Of a DNA stretch of 34,528 nucleotides, positions 1-10,070 are shown one piece after another. The position numbers and the translations under genes were made by a program. This DNA comes from an uncultured Clostridia bacterium (GTDB lineage: Bacteria; Bacillota; Clostridia; TANB77; CAG-508): positions 1 through 34,528 of the forward strand of contig CALXUH010000034.1 of assembly GCA_944391645.1 (NCBI GenBank). The letters run 5' to 3'. Under the pieces are notes generated by a model that did not search any database, was not told where the DNA came from, and was given only the letters and a program-made list of their open reading frames with translations. Each line of letters starts with the position of its first letter. Position 1 is the first letter of the stretch.

Positions 1-6
1 TTATTT

Positions 7-704
7 TTAATTATTTGCATCTTCATTTAGCTTGCCAATTGCTTTTTTTTCTATTCTTGATACATACGAACGCGATATTCCTAATATTTTTGCAACCTCA
101 TTTTGCGTTTTTGGTTTTTTACCTCCGCAACCCAAATCTTAGTTCTATTATTATTTTTTCTCTTCCTTTTAAAACTTTTTTCATTTTTTTGCATAAATCT
201 TTTATTTTTAATTTTAAATCTATTTCATCTTCTATATTCATCTCATCATTTTCTATTACATCTAAAAGTGTTATTTCATTATCATCTTTATCTTTTCCTA
301 TTGGTTCATTTAAATACACCTCTGCACCGAAGTTTCTTAGTGCTTCTTAAATACATTAGTATTTCATTTTCTATACATCTTGCAACATATGTTGCAAGTC
401 TTACACCTTTATCTAAGTTAAAACTATTTATTCCTTTTATTAACCCTATTGTTCCAAGAGATATTAAATCATCTTGCTCTAAATTAGGGATATTATATTT
501 TTTACACACATGTGCAACTAATCTTAAATTTTTTTCTATTAATATGTTTCTTGCCTCTTCATCTCCATGTGCTAATTTTTGGAGATATTTTTTTTCTTCC
601 TCAGCTGTAAGTGGCTCTGGGAATAGATTGTTGTTTGTAATATATCCTACTGTAAAAAAAGATATCTTTAAAAATGCCAAAAATCCTGTAAAAAAAAGTA
701 GCAA
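7..704 (-). CDS. sigK: Pro-sigma-K, sporulation RNA polymerase sigma factor; needs two +1 shifts at CGG codons (329..327 and 127..125); 231 aa when joined
   Basis: Pro-peptide and region 2 ([14 protein letters not shown]...NLRLVAHV...[12 protein letters not shown]...[15 protein letters not shown]) in ORF 306..704. The middle ([23 protein letters not shown]) is in the next frame and region 4 ([24 protein letters not shown], stop 9..7) in the third. No skin-type insertion. Confidence 0.93.
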
Positions 705-732
705 ATAAAATGCACCCCCATTTTTCTATAAC

Positions 733-760
733 ATTATATGTTTTAGAAAAATAAAAGTGC
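733..760 (-). promoter_or_regulatory. Putative mother-cell (sigma-E/sigma-K type) promoter of sigK
   Basis: Minus strand GCAC-N16-CATATAAT, upstream of the GGGGGTG SD and TTG start. Confidence 0.45.
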
Positions 761-781
761 ATGACCTTATTAAATTTATTT

Positions 782-1456
782 TTACATTACATACAATAAT
801 ATTGCTAAGAATTGTAATAAACTTCCTAATACTATAAATAAGTGGAATATTGAGTGGAAATACTTTTTCTTTCTGCCAAACCCATAAAAACATGCTCCAA
901 CTGTATATGCAATTCCTCCGGCTACCATTAATATTATTCCGTTTTTATGCATTGATTGTATTAATAAATCAAACCTAAATATAATACACCATCCCATTAA
1001 TAAATAACATACCATTGAAAAAACTTTTGTGCTTTGTAAATCTATTGCATTTAATGTTATTCCTAAAACTGCTGAACCCCAAATTATTCCAAAAATTAGC
1101 CAACCATATAAATTACTAACTGACCTTATTGTACACAAAGCAACAGGTGTATATGAGCCTGCAATTAACAAAAATATTGAGCAATGATCTAATACTTGGA
1201 ATACTTTTTTGGATGTTCTCATAGGGCTTAAACCATGGTAAATACTAGATACTGTATATAATAAAATCATTGTAGAACCATATATTGCCCCACTAACTAT
1301 ACCATACACATTATTATTAATTGCAGCCATAATAACACATAATATAGTTGCAACAACACCTAATACTCCACCTACAATATGTGATGTCATATTAAATATT
1401 TCCTCTCCTTTCGTATAGGTTGGTAATATTCTATCTACAAGTTTAGTTCTCCTCAT
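782..1456 (-). CDS. Hemolysin III / PAQR family membrane protein
   Basis: EEIFNMTSH, SSIYH, LDHCSIFLLIAGSYTP and FHSIFHLF motifs; about 7 TM helices; AGGAGG RBS. Confidence 0.92.
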   Translation of the reverse strand: MRRTKLVDRILPTYTKGEEIFNMTSHIVGGVLGVVATILCVIMAAINNNVYGIVSGAIYGSTMILLYTVSSIYHGLSPMRTSKKVFQVLDHCSIFLLIAGSYTPVALCTIRSVSNLYGWLIFGIIWGSAVLGITLNAIDLQSTKVFSMVCYLLMGWCIIFRFDLLIQSMHKNGIILMVAGGIAYTVGACFYGFGRKKKYFHSIFHLFIVLGSLLQFLAILLYVM

Positions 1457-1474
1457 TAAATTCCTCCTTAAAAT

Positions 1475-2962
1475 TTATTTTATCCTTTTTATTATTATTC
1501 TACGTTTACCTTTTTGTTCCTTTATTTTTTCTGCTCTATATGAATATATTTTATATTCATTTTTTCCATCAAACCTTATTGTAATAGCTTTTGTGTAGTT
1601 TGTTGTTTCAGGATTATATTCTTCTATAACTAAACTTGCTTTACATTCTTTTAGAGTTTTAAATGTTGTCATAAAACCTATTCCGCTTCCACCCTCTTCT
1701 TTATGTGTGGTTACTTGTTCTATACCAAGTTTTAATAATGTATCTATTTTAAATTCTATTCCTGTGTCATATACAGAAAATTCATAAATTCCATCTACTA
1801 AACCTAATGTGACTAGTATGCTTTTATATGTTTTGTTATTTGAATTTATTGCAATTATAGCATCTTTTATATGGTCACCTATTAAAGTTTCGAATTTTTC
1901 TTTTGGAATTATCTCATTTATTAATGAGTTTATATTTGCATTTATTTTTAAATCAAATTGTATATTATTTTTTATTGCCTCTTCTTGCATATATTTGAAC
2001 ATAGTATCTATTCCATTAATATTTGTTAATGGAATTTTACGTGTATCTACTTTGGTTTCTTTCGCAAAATTTTTTGCAGTATTTTTACTTTCTTCTAATA
2101 TTACAGCTATTTCATTTGCAAATTCTTCTTTGCTATCTAATTTTAATGCATTTTTCATTGCAAATTCTAATGATTCAAATTTATGATTATATTTATGTAT
2201 TGTATTTGCAAATTTAAGGTTTTCTGCTTTAATTTCCTCAATAATTTTTTCTTTTTCGTCTATTTCTGCCTTCTGCATTTCTATAGTACGATCTCTCATT
2301 TTATTTTTATATGTTTTGGTGATTTGGGATTTGATCCAGATGATTAGTAAAATGGTAACTACTATACTTTCTACAATTAAAATTATATTAAATAAAAATT
2401 TATTTTTATTTTGAAAGAATACATACAAGCTAGTTACTATACCACAAATAATAAATATAAAAATTATTATATGCTTATTAATTTTAGTCCCTTTTAAAAA
2501 ATTAAATCCACTTTTAAATCTTTTTACTTTAAAAAGTATATAATATAATAAAAATGTAATACATGGAATTATAATGAAACTTATTGGATTTTTAGCATTT
2601 GTATTCTCTCCAAAAATCCATAGTAAAACTCCCGAAATCATTGTAGCTATTACATAAATCAAATAAACAATTATGTATGATATGGAATATGCTATAATCC
2701 TATAATAAATTCTATTTTCTACTTTAATAGAAATTATAATTAATCCATATAGAATATATAAAATTAAAATTGCAGTTAATGGTTGAAAAGTATGTGTTAG
2801 AATTAAGTATATAATAGAAATATTTATACTTAATATACATATAAATATTGTTCTACATTTATAATGATTATTAAAATTGATAATTTTTGCATAAACAAAG
2901 TATATTAACAAAGATATTATAAAAATTTTTACTAAATTACTAATTATTAATATCAAATCCAT
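1475..2962 (-). CDS. Membrane sensor histidine kinase-like protein (GHKL domain, AgrC/VirS-like architecture)
   Basis: About 6-7 N-terminal TM helices, coiled coil, H-box-like TIHKYNH, then VYDTG and TTHKEEGGSGIGF (G1/G2 boxes). Confidence 0.82.
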   Translation of the reverse strand: MDLILIISNLVKIFIISLLIYFVYAKIINFNNHYKCRTIFICILSINISIIYLILTHTFQPLTAILILYILYGLIIISIKVENRIYYRIIAYSISYIIVYLIYVIATMISGVLLWIFGENTNAKNPISFIIIPCITFLLYYILFKVKRFKSGFNFLKGTKINKHIIIFIFIICGIVTSLYVFFQNKNKFLFNIILIVESIVVTILLIIWIKSQITKTYKNKMRDRTIEMQKAEIDEKEKIIEEIKAENLKFANTIHKYNHKFESLEFAMKNALKLDSKEEFANEIAVILEESKNTAKNFAKETKVDTRKIPLTNINGIDTMFKYMQEEAIKNNIQFDLKINANINSLINEIIPKEKFETLIGDHIKDAIIAINSNNKTYKSILVTLGLVDGIYEFSVYDTGIEFKIDTLLKLGIEQVTTHKEEGGSGIGFMTTFKTLKECKASLVIEEYNPETTNYTKAITIRFDGKNEYKIYSYRAEKIKEQKGKRRIIIKRIK

Positions 2963-2987
2963 AAAAAATCACCTCTTTGTTTCATAA

Positions 2988-3016
2988 ATTATATACTATG
3001 CACAAATAATCGTCAA
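2988..3016 (-). promoter_or_regulatory. Sigma-A promoter of the kinase gene
   Basis: TTGACG-N17-TATAAT on the minus strand. Confidence 0.7.
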
Positions 3017-3033
3017 TTTACAATTTATAAAAA

Positions 3034-3072
3034 AACCTAATCTATGAATTATTTTCTTGACATAGATTAGGT
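3034..3072 (-). terminator. Hairpin downstream of the small peptide gene
   Basis: Inverted repeat acctaatctatg / catagattaggt with a following T-run on the minus strand. Confidence 0.65.
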
Positions 3073-3108
3073 GTTGTCGAATTTCAAATTTTTTAAGATT
3101 ATATAATA

Positions 3109-3156
3109 TTATGCCCAAAAATTAACATATTCTGCTAACCATTCCCAAAATGACAT
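3109..3156 (-). CDS. 15-aa Trp/Phe-rich peptide MSFWEWLAEYVNFWA (not in ORF track)
   Basis: Strong SD AAGGAGTGA 7 nt before ATG; flanked by hairpins on both sides. Confidence 0.65.
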   Translation of the reverse strand: MSFWEWLAEYVNFWA

Positions 3157-3201
3157 ATTCACATCACTCCTTTTGCATCTAATTTTTTATAGATACAAAA
3201 T

Positions 3202-3230
3202 ACCACCTAAGAGGCACACTCTTAGGTGGT
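3202..3230 (-). terminator. Hairpin after the Spo0A-like gene
   Basis: Perfect 12-bp stem accacctaagag / ctcttaggtggt with a 5-nt loop. Confidence 0.7.
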
Positions 3231-3278
3231 TTGAGGATTGTAATTATATGTTATTTTATGTCGATTTATGTCGTTTTT

Positions 3279-4088
3279 TTATAAATCTTTTAAAATTTTA
3301 TCTTTGTAATAGTATATAAGCTCTGTAGGAGTTGGTACTCCAGTTCTATAATCAATTTTATTTGTATAATACATTTCTAAATCATCTGGGGAAGATTTTC
3401 TCCAAGCATAATTTATGGCTGTTTGTATTACTCTACTTATACTACTCGAAGATTTTTTGTATATATTTGCTAAATAATTAAAAACACTTTCTCCTTCTCC
3501 TTTATCATTTTCTTTAATTAAAAAAATTATTGCATCATGGATATATTGTCTTCCCTTTAGGTGTGAGCTAATTCCTATTAAATTTAGTTCTGCATCTATT
3601 CTTTTAGAAATTTTATTTTCATAATCTGCAGGTGTTTCCATAAATAAGATATTATTTTTATTTGTATTTCCATATTTATATAAAGTTTTTCTAAGAGAAA
3701 GCAAAGAAGATATAATTAATTTTGGGGAATAGTCTATTTGTTTTTTATAAAATATTAAATCTACTCCTTCTTCATGTAGTTTATCATACAATATGCTTGA
3801 TGATGCATTTGTTGTTACCACAATTATTGGTTTAAATTCTGTCATTAAAGATTTAGATTTTTCTATAAACTCTATTCCAGACCCCTGTCCTTTATGTAAT
3901 TCTATATCTAATATTATTGCTTCTGGAATATACTTTTTAAAATATTCTAATCCTTCATTACTAGAATTTGTTGTTCCAATTATTTTAATATTTTCTACTG
4001 TCTCAACATATGACTTGTATTTTTGGCATTCTATTTCATCGTCTTCAATTAATAATATAGTCATTGGCTTATTTTCCATTTTACTCAC
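3279..4088 (-). CDS. Spo0A-like response regulator (receiver domain + Spo0A C-terminal domain); probably a paralogue, start may be 4079
   Basis: LLIEDD...IILDIEL...SGIEF receiver motifs; C-terminal IGISSHLKGRQYI...ISRVIQTAINYAW...PTPTELIY resembles Spo0A_C but with a diverged recognition helix. Confidence 0.8.
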   Translation of the reverse strand: MSKMENKPMTILLIEDDEIECQKYKSYVETVENIKIIGTTNSSNEGLEYFKKYIPEAIILDIELHKGQGSGIEFIEKSKSLMTEFKPIIVVTTNASSSILYDKLHEEGVDLIFYKKQIDYSPKLIISSLLSLRKTLYKYGNTNKNNILFMETPADYENKISKRIDAELNLIGISSHLKGRQYIHDAIIFLIKENDKGEGESVFNYLANIYKKSSSSISRVIQTAINYAWRKSSPDDLEMYYTNKIDYRTGVPTPTELIYYYKDKILKDL

Positions 4089-4235
4089 TCTCTTTGTTTC
4101 CTTTTTTTGTTAATAATATATCACAATAATTTGCATATTTCTACATATTTTTACATTCTTTTTACTTTTTTTTCCAATAATTATGCTGTTAATTTTAACT
4201 AATAAGTGCATAAAGAGAGCTTTTTTGCTTGGAAA

Positions 4236-5021
4236 TTACATTCTTTGTTTAACAACCTCATACATTACAATTCCAGCTGATACTGATGCATTTAGTGAAG
4301 TTATTTTTCCTTTCATTGGAATTTTTACTAAAAAATCACAATTTTCCTTTACAAGCCTGCTTATTCCAAAACCTTCACTACCTATTACAATCGCAATTGA
4401 GTCATCAAACCTTTCATTGAAATAGTATTTTTTTGCATCCATATCTGTGCCACAAATCCATATGTCATTATCTTTTAAATATTTTATTGTCTCATTTAAG
4501 TTGTTTACTCTTGCAATTTTCATATGTTCTATAGCACCTTCAGAGACCTTATATACAGTACTATTTACTGTTGCAGATCTTCTTTTGGGAATTATTATTC
4601 CATGAACTCCCGCTGTTTCTGCAGTTCTTATTATTGAACCTAAATTGTGAGGGTCTTCTATTCCATCTAGTATTAAAATAAATGGTTTTTCATTTTTTTG
4701 TTTAGCTTTATCTATAATTTCGTAAACCTCACAATAGTCAAAAGGAGGAACAATGGCAATTACACCTTGGTGATTGTCTGACTGTGCCATTTTATTTAAT
4801 TTTGCCTTATCTACTTCTACTATTACAACTTTTTTTTCTTTTGCAATAGATATTATTTTATTTATTGAACCGTGTTTTTCTCCATTTGCAATAAAAATTT
4901 TATTTATATCTCTTCCTGATTCTAATAATTCTAATACTGCATTTCGTCCCTCTATTTGGTCTTGATATGATTCTATATTTTTATTTTCTTTGCTTTTTTT
5001 ATTAAATTTTTCTTCTTTCAT
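4236..5021 (-). CDS. rlmB: 23S rRNA Gm2251 2'-O-methyltransferase (SpoU/TrmH family)
   Basis: EGRNAVLE, NHQGV, LDGIEDPHNLGSIIRTA, GSEGFG and SLNASVSA motifs. Confidence 0.93.
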   Translation of the reverse strand: MKEEKFNKKSKENKNIESYQDQIEGRNAVLELLESGRDINKIFIANGEKHGSINKIISIAKEKKVVIVEVDKAKLNKMAQSDNHQGVIAIVPPFDYCEVYEIIDKAKQKNEKPFILILDGIEDPHNLGSIIRTAETAGVHGIIIPKRRSATVNSTVYKVSEGAIEHMKIARVNNLNETIKYLKDNDIWICGTDMDAKKYYFNERFDDSIAIVIGSEGFGISRLVKENCDFLVKIPMKGKITSLNASVSAGIVMYEVVKQRM

Positions 5022-5030
5022 TTTATCTCC

Positions 5031-6839
5031 TTATTCATCATCTAATTTTAAAACTGCCAAAAATGCTTCTTGTGGAACTTCTACATTACCAATTTGTCGC
5101 ATTTTTTTCTTACCTTTTTTTTGCTTTTCTAATAATTTTTTCTTTCTTGTTACATCTCCGCCATAACATTTTGCCAGTACATCTTTTCTCATAGCAGATA
5201 TTGTTTCTCTTGCAATTACCTTACCTCCAACAACAGCCTGTATAGGCACTTCAAATAACTGTCTTGGTATAACTGTTTTTAATTTTTCAGTCATTTTCTT
5301 TCCTCTTATATAAGCTGAGTCTTTATGGACTATAAATGACAATGCATCTACTGGTTCATTATGTATGTGTATATCTAATTTAACTAAATCTGCTTTTTGA
5401 TAAGTGTCAAATTCATAATCAAAAGATGCATATCCCTTAGTTTTAGATTTTAATGTATCAAAAAAATCATATATTATCTCATTTAAAGGAAGTTTATATT
5501 GTAGTATTACCCTAGTTTCATCTATGTATTTCATGTCCAAATATGTTCCTCTTCTATTTTGGCATATTTCCATAACATTACCTACATATTCTTTTGGCAA
5601 TAGTATTTCTGCTTTTACTATTGGTTCTTCAATATATGAAATTTGTTGTGTAGGTGGTAAATCTATTGGATTATAAATTTCTAAAACTTCGCCAGTTTGC
5701 TTATGTACCTTATATATAACTGATGGAGCTGTTGTAATTAAATCTAAATCGAATTCTCTTTCTAGTCTTTCTTGAACTATTTCAAGATGCAATAATCCTA
5801 AAAATCCACATCTAAAACCAAAGCCCAATGCAATTGACGTTTCTGGTTCATACTCAAGAGCTGCATCATTTAATTTTAATTTTTCCAATGCATCTTTTAA
5901 TTTTTCATAATCTCCACCATCTAGTGGATATAAGCCACAGTAAACCATAGAATTTGCTTTTTTATATCCTGGTAATGGTTTGCTGGCTGGATTTTTAACT
6001 TTTGTTATTGTATCTCCTACATGTAAATCACTAACAGTTTTTATACTTGCTGAAATATATCCTACATCTCCTGCTTCCAATTTTTCTGCTGGTAAATATT
6101 TGCCTGGTTCTAAGTATCCAAGTTCTGTAATTACAAATTTTTTATCTGTTGCCATAAACAATATTTCATCACCTGTTTTCACTGTGCCTTCTACAACTCT
6201 CACATAGCTTACAGCTCCTTTGTAATTATCATAAAATGAATCAAAAATTAAACATTGTAATGGTTTTTCCTTATCTCCCTTTGGTGGAGGGAAATCTGTT
6301 ACTATTCTTTCAAGTACTTCATCAATATTTAAACCAGATTTTGCAGATATACAAGGTGCATCTTCTGCTGGTATTCCAATTATATCTTCTATTTGTTTTT
6401 TTACCTCATCTGGTCTTGCATTTGGCAAATCTACTTTATTAATTACTGGTAATATTTCCAAATTATTATCTAATGCTAGATATACATTTGCAAGAGTCTG
6501 AGCTTCTACACCTTGGCTACTATCTACAACTAAAATTGCACCTTCACATGCAGCTAAACTTCTAGAAACTTCATAATTAAAATCTACATGCCCTGGTGTA
6601 TCTATTAAATTTAGTATATATTCATTTCCGTCTTTAGCTTTATAAGTCATTCTTACTGCCTGTGCTTTTATTGTTATTCCTCTTTCACGCTCTAAATCCA
6701 TATTATCTAATACTTGGCTTTCCATTTCTCTTTGGCTAAGAAGCCCTGTTTTTTCAATAAGCCTATCTGCCAATGTAGATTTTCCATGGTCGATATGTGC
6801 TATTATACTAAAATTTCTTATATATTTTTGCTTGTCCAA
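5031..6839 (-). CDS. lepA: Translation elongation factor 4
   Basis: [40 protein letters not shown] and [12 protein letters not shown] motifs. Confidence 0.98.
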   Translation of the reverse strand: MDKQKYIRNFSIIAHIDHGKSTLADRLIEKTGLLSQREMESQVLDNMDLERERGITIKAQAVRMTYKAKDGNEYILNLIDTPGHVDFNYEVSRSLAACEGAILVVDSSQGVEAQTLANVYLALDNNLEILPVINKVDLPNARPDEVKKQIEDIIGIPAEDAPCISAKSGLNIDEVLERIVTDFPPPKGDKEKPLQCLIFDSFYDNYKGAVSYVRVVEGTVKTGDEILFMATDKKFVITELGYLEPGKYLPAEKLEAGDVGYISASIKTVSDLHVGDTITKVKNPASKPLPGYKKANSMVYCGLYPLDGGDYEKLKDALEKLKLNDAALEYEPETSIALGFGFRCGFLGLLHLEIVQERLEREFDLDLITTAPSVIYKVHKQTGEVLEIYNPIDLPPTQQISYIEEPIVKAEILLPKEYVGNVMEICQNRRGTYLDMKYIDETRVILQYKLPLNEIIYDFFDTLKSKTKGYASFDYEFDTYQKADLVKLDIHIHNEPVDALSFIVHKDSAYIRGKKMTEKLKTVIPRQLFEVPIQAVVGGKVIARETISAMRKDVLAKCYGGDVTRKKKLLEKQKKGKKKMRQIGNVEVPQEAFLAVLKLDDE

Positions 6840-6875
6840 TTTTACCTCCTATAAAACAATATAAAATTTTATTAT

Positions 6876-7415
6876 TTACTGTTTGCAATATTTGTTATAT
6901 TGTTTTGTTAAATGCTTTTTATTCATTATTTTATCAATTCCATCTTTTGCAATTTCTTCTTTTATAACTGTTATAAATTTTTCTGTTTTTGGATTATATA
7001 AATTTCTTATTGTTTCTATTTCATTCCAATATTTCAAAGGATACTCCTTATTCCATTGTTTGCCTCTATATACCATTCCAGCTGCTATTTGATCGCAAAG
7101 CATTTCAACAGCATATTTATATGGAATTACTGGTGTTTCCTTTGCATTCCAATCATACCAGTATTCTATATGGTGTTTATTTCTTCCTTTATGATGTAAC
7201 CATGCTGATGAATACCCTTTTTCATTTCTTGCAGCTGTAATTGGGCTTTTATTTCCTTGATAATATTTACAACTTTCACCAAATTCTGCTAATGAATACT
7301 TAGACAAATCATGTATTAAACCTCTAAATGGAATTCCTGCTTTTAGTGAAAGTTTAAATACATACCATTTATGTTTTGTTATTAGTTTAAGATGTAACCA
7401 AATATTTTTTAACAT
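6876..7415 (-). CDS. DUF5662-type HD-like hypothetical protein
   Basis: HKWYV...GLIHDLSKYS...AWLHHKGRNKHH.EYW...EMLCD motif pattern. Confidence 0.7.
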   Translation of the reverse strand: MLKNIWLHLKLITKHKWYVFKLSLKAGIPFRGLIHDLSKYSLAEFGESCKYYQGNKSPITAARNEKGYSSAWLHHKGRNKHHIEYWYDWNAKETPVIPYKYAVEMLCDQIAAGMVYRGKQWNKEYPLKYWNEIETIRNLYNPKTEKFITVIKEEIAKDGIDKIMNKKHLTKQYNKYCKQ

Positions 7416-7432
7416 GTCTTCTCCTTAATATT

Positions 7433-8119
7433 TTAAATCATTACAATAATTATGTATATACATATTCTTATTAATGAATTTGAAATTAAATTGTCTATAA
7501 CAAAAGGAACACCTATGTTGTTTATTTTGTCATACTCTTTAATTAAATTATCTGATTCTTCTTTTGTACACAATTTTTTCCTTTCTATATATTCCTTAGC
7601 TAAGTATTTAGATTTTGTCATTGCATCTATTTCTAGGTATGCTCTTACTGTAAATTGTATGAATGATAATAATGTTAATATAAAAATTTGTAGCATATTG
7701 TTTCGAATGATATTAAATATTGATAATAATGTTATTGTTATAAAATATATTATTAAAAAGTTTGAATACACAAAATTAAATATTAATAATCTTCTATCTT
7801 GAACTGAGTGAATACATTCATGTGCAATTGTTTGTATTCTTCCATAATTATCTTTCATATCTGCAATTGATATTTTATTTGTTATTGCTATATATAAACT
7901 AGTTTTTGTATTTTTTGCTTGCTCTATTTTTACATTTTTATTTTTTAACATTTCTAGCATTTCTTTTGCAATTTCCATATTCCCTGGGAATTTATCAGTT
8001 ATTTCTTGCATAATAGTATTTTGCTGTAAAGCCTTAACTTTTTTTATACTAATTTTAAATATATATTTTAATAATAAAATTGTAATTATTAAAGCAATTA
8101 AGCTAACATAAATTTCCAT
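7433..8119 (-). CDS. Putative membrane zinc metallopeptidase (YugP-like)
   Basis: AHECIH (HEXXH) followed by TM helices and an EIDA motif. Confidence 0.7.
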   Translation of the reverse strand: MEIYVSLIALIITILLLKYIFKISIKKVKALQQNTIMQEITDKFPGNMEIAKEMLEMLKNKNVKIEQAKNTKTSLYIAITNKISIADMKDNYGRIQTIAHECIHSVQDRRLLIFNFVYSNFLIIYFITITLLSIFNIIRNNMLQIFILTLLSFIQFTVRAYLEIDAMTKSKYLAKEYIERKKLCTKEESDNLIKEYDKINNIGVPFVIDNLISNSLIRICIYIIIVMI

Positions 8120-8151
8120 TTTTCTACCTCTTTACTTGTCTAGTATAACAT

Positions 8152-8187
8152 AAAAACAAAGTAGACCTCAAGTACTACTTTGTTTTT
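8152..8187 (-). terminator. Rho-independent terminator after the YlbF-family gene
   Basis: aaaaacaaagtag / ctactttgttttt inverted repeat. Confidence 0.7.
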
Positions 8188-8194
8188 TTTGCTC

Positions 8195-8527
8195 TTATAA
8201 TAAATCTTTTACCGATTCACTTATTATTTTATTTACATCTGCTAACATTATATTAAATCTTACTTCTATATCAAAAAATTCTTTTATTTTTTTATCTTGT
8301 ATTAAAATTTGATACATTTGTTGTAATTTTTTTTGTTTTTCTTCATCTTGTTTTTCTCCCTGAAATGACATTACCTGTACATCATACCTGATTTTTTCAA
8401 ATTCATCTATTTTCTTTTTCATTTCCGGATTACCTTCCATTTCTTCTTTAGCCTTTTTATATTCTAAGTATTCTTTACTTTCTTTTATTGCTTTTGCTAA
8501 ATTATTTGCTTGATCATATACGTACAT
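8195..8527 (-). CDS. YlbF/YmcA family regulator
   Basis: MYVYDQANNLAKAIKESKEY...DVNKII pattern, 110 aa. Confidence 0.85.
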   Translation of the reverse strand: MYVYDQANNLAKAIKESKEYLEYKKAKEEMEGNPEMKKKIDEFEKIRYDVQVMSFQGEKQDEEKQKKLQQMYQILIQDKKIKEFFDIEVRFNIMLADVNKIISESVKDLL

Positions 8528-8552
8528 ATTAGCCCTCCATTATACACCATTT

Positions 8553-9833
8553 TTATGCAAATGCTTGACGTTTTTTAAAGTTAAGTAAACTTGTTATTTC
8601 GCTTTCTTTTCTAACCTTCTTAGCTTTTTCTTGTATTATTTGTTCTTTTTGTCTTTCCGCCATTGTCTTACATATTGCTTTTTCATAAGTAAAATATGTG
8701 TCTTGGGCTATTTTTGCCCAGTTATATTCATTTTTTACTTTCTGTCTTGCTCTTTTTGTTATTTTATCACAAAGTTGTGGGTTTAATAATAATTCTAATA
8801 TTGAATCTGCTAGTGAATTTGCATTTCCTGCATAACTTTTCATTCCATCTACTCTATGTTCTATAATTTCATTTAATCCTCCTACATCAGAAACAACTGT
8901 TGGCACACCAGCAAGCATTGCCTCTAATGCAACTATTCCGAATGGTTCATATGTGCTTGGGAATACAGAAACATCTGCGCATTTATACATTTTTGAAACT
9001 TGTTTTGCATTTAAGTATCCAGTAAAATAAACTTTGCTTCCTAAGCCCATGGAATCTACTTGTCTTTTTAATTCGTCTAACATTCCACCTTTTCCTGCGA
9101 TTATTAATTTTGAATCATGATAACCTGATAATATTTTTGGCATTGCAGAAATTAAATGTTGAACACCTTTTTCATATACTAGTCTTCCCATAAATAATAT
9201 TATTTTTTCATTATCCAAGGCATATTTTCTTCTAAAATCATAATCTTTTTCTACACCATTATATGCTGTTGTGTTTATTCCATTTGGTACAACATTAATT
9301 TTTTCATATGGAAGTCCAAATAATCTTTGTAAATCATTTTTCATAAATTTGCTGTTTACTATTACTTCTGATGATTCATATGTTAGCATCCATTCTGTAT
9401 CATTTACATATTTTTGCTCTGAAGTATGTATTCCGCTATTTCTTCCTGCTTCTGTTGCATGTATTGTTGATACTAGTGGTATTCCAAAAGACTCCTTTAA
9501 TGTTTTAGCTGCATATGCTACAAGCCAATCATGTGCATGTATTACATCAAATTTTCCTTCTTTATTTATTATTTCTGCAGCTTTTGATATCATATTAAAA
9601 TTAAGTTGCATTGTCCAATCTATGAAATTATTTGGATTAATCATATAGTTGTCTACCCTATATACATGAACTCCTTTATCGTTTTCATAGTATGGTACAT
9701 TTCCTTCTTTATATGTAACTACATATACATCGTGTCCATCTTTAATTAGTCTCTTAGATAAGTCATTTACGACTCTTGCTATTCCCCCTACAATTCTAGG
9801 TGGGTATTCCCATGTTAACATTAAGATTTTCAT
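8553..9833 (-). CDS. Glycosyltransferase family 4 (GT-B; glycogen/alpha-glucan synthase-like)
   Basis: WEYPPRIVGG, HAHDWL, GRLVYEKG and YEPFGIVALEAM motifs. Confidence 0.9.
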   Translation of the reverse strand: MKILMLTWEYPPRIVGGIARVVNDLSKRLIKDGHDVYVVTYKEGNVPYYENDKGVHVYRVDNYMINPNNFIDWTMQLNFNMISKAAEIINKEGKFDVIHAHDWLVAYAAKTLKESFGIPLVSTIHATEAGRNSGIHTSEQKYVNDTEWMLTYESSEVIVNSKFMKNDLQRLFGLPYEKINVVPNGINTTAYNGVEKDYDFRRKYALDNEKIILFMGRLVYEKGVQHLISAMPKILSGYHDSKLIIAGKGGMLDELKRQVDSMGLGSKVYFTGYLNAKQVSKMYKCADVSVFPSTYEPFGIVALEAMLAGVPTVVSDVGGLNEIIEHRVDGMKSYAGNANSLADSILELLLNPQLCDKITKRARQKVKNEYNWAKIAQDTYFTYEKAICKTMAERQKEQIIQEKAKKVRKESEITSLLNFKKRQAFA

Positions 9834-10070
9834 TTTTTTCTCCTTCGTTATTTTTTATTATATTTTATATAAAAATTATAAAAAAGTAAACACATTTTTA
9901 TAATTTTTGTCAAATTTTATTATATTTTTTATTTTTTTAAGTTTTTTTTCTTTTTGTTGCTTTTTGTCTTGAATTTATTTTGTTTTTGATATAGTATATT
10001 ATAATAAATTAAATATTATGTTTTTATATACATAAATATTATTATTCGAATGAAATTAAAGGGGGTTTCT

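Noticed and set aside
15-708. Plus-strand ORFs 15..350 and 103..708, and the many other antisense ORFs in the track
   Set aside because: Shadow frames of well-supported genes on the opposite strand; F/L/I/S-rich, with no SD or family motifs.
1448-1456. Possibility that AGG also triggers frameshifts
   Set aside because: In-frame AGG occurs in intact frames (hlyIII codon 2, GH57 KKRIKD, DUF2752 GER) without disruption.
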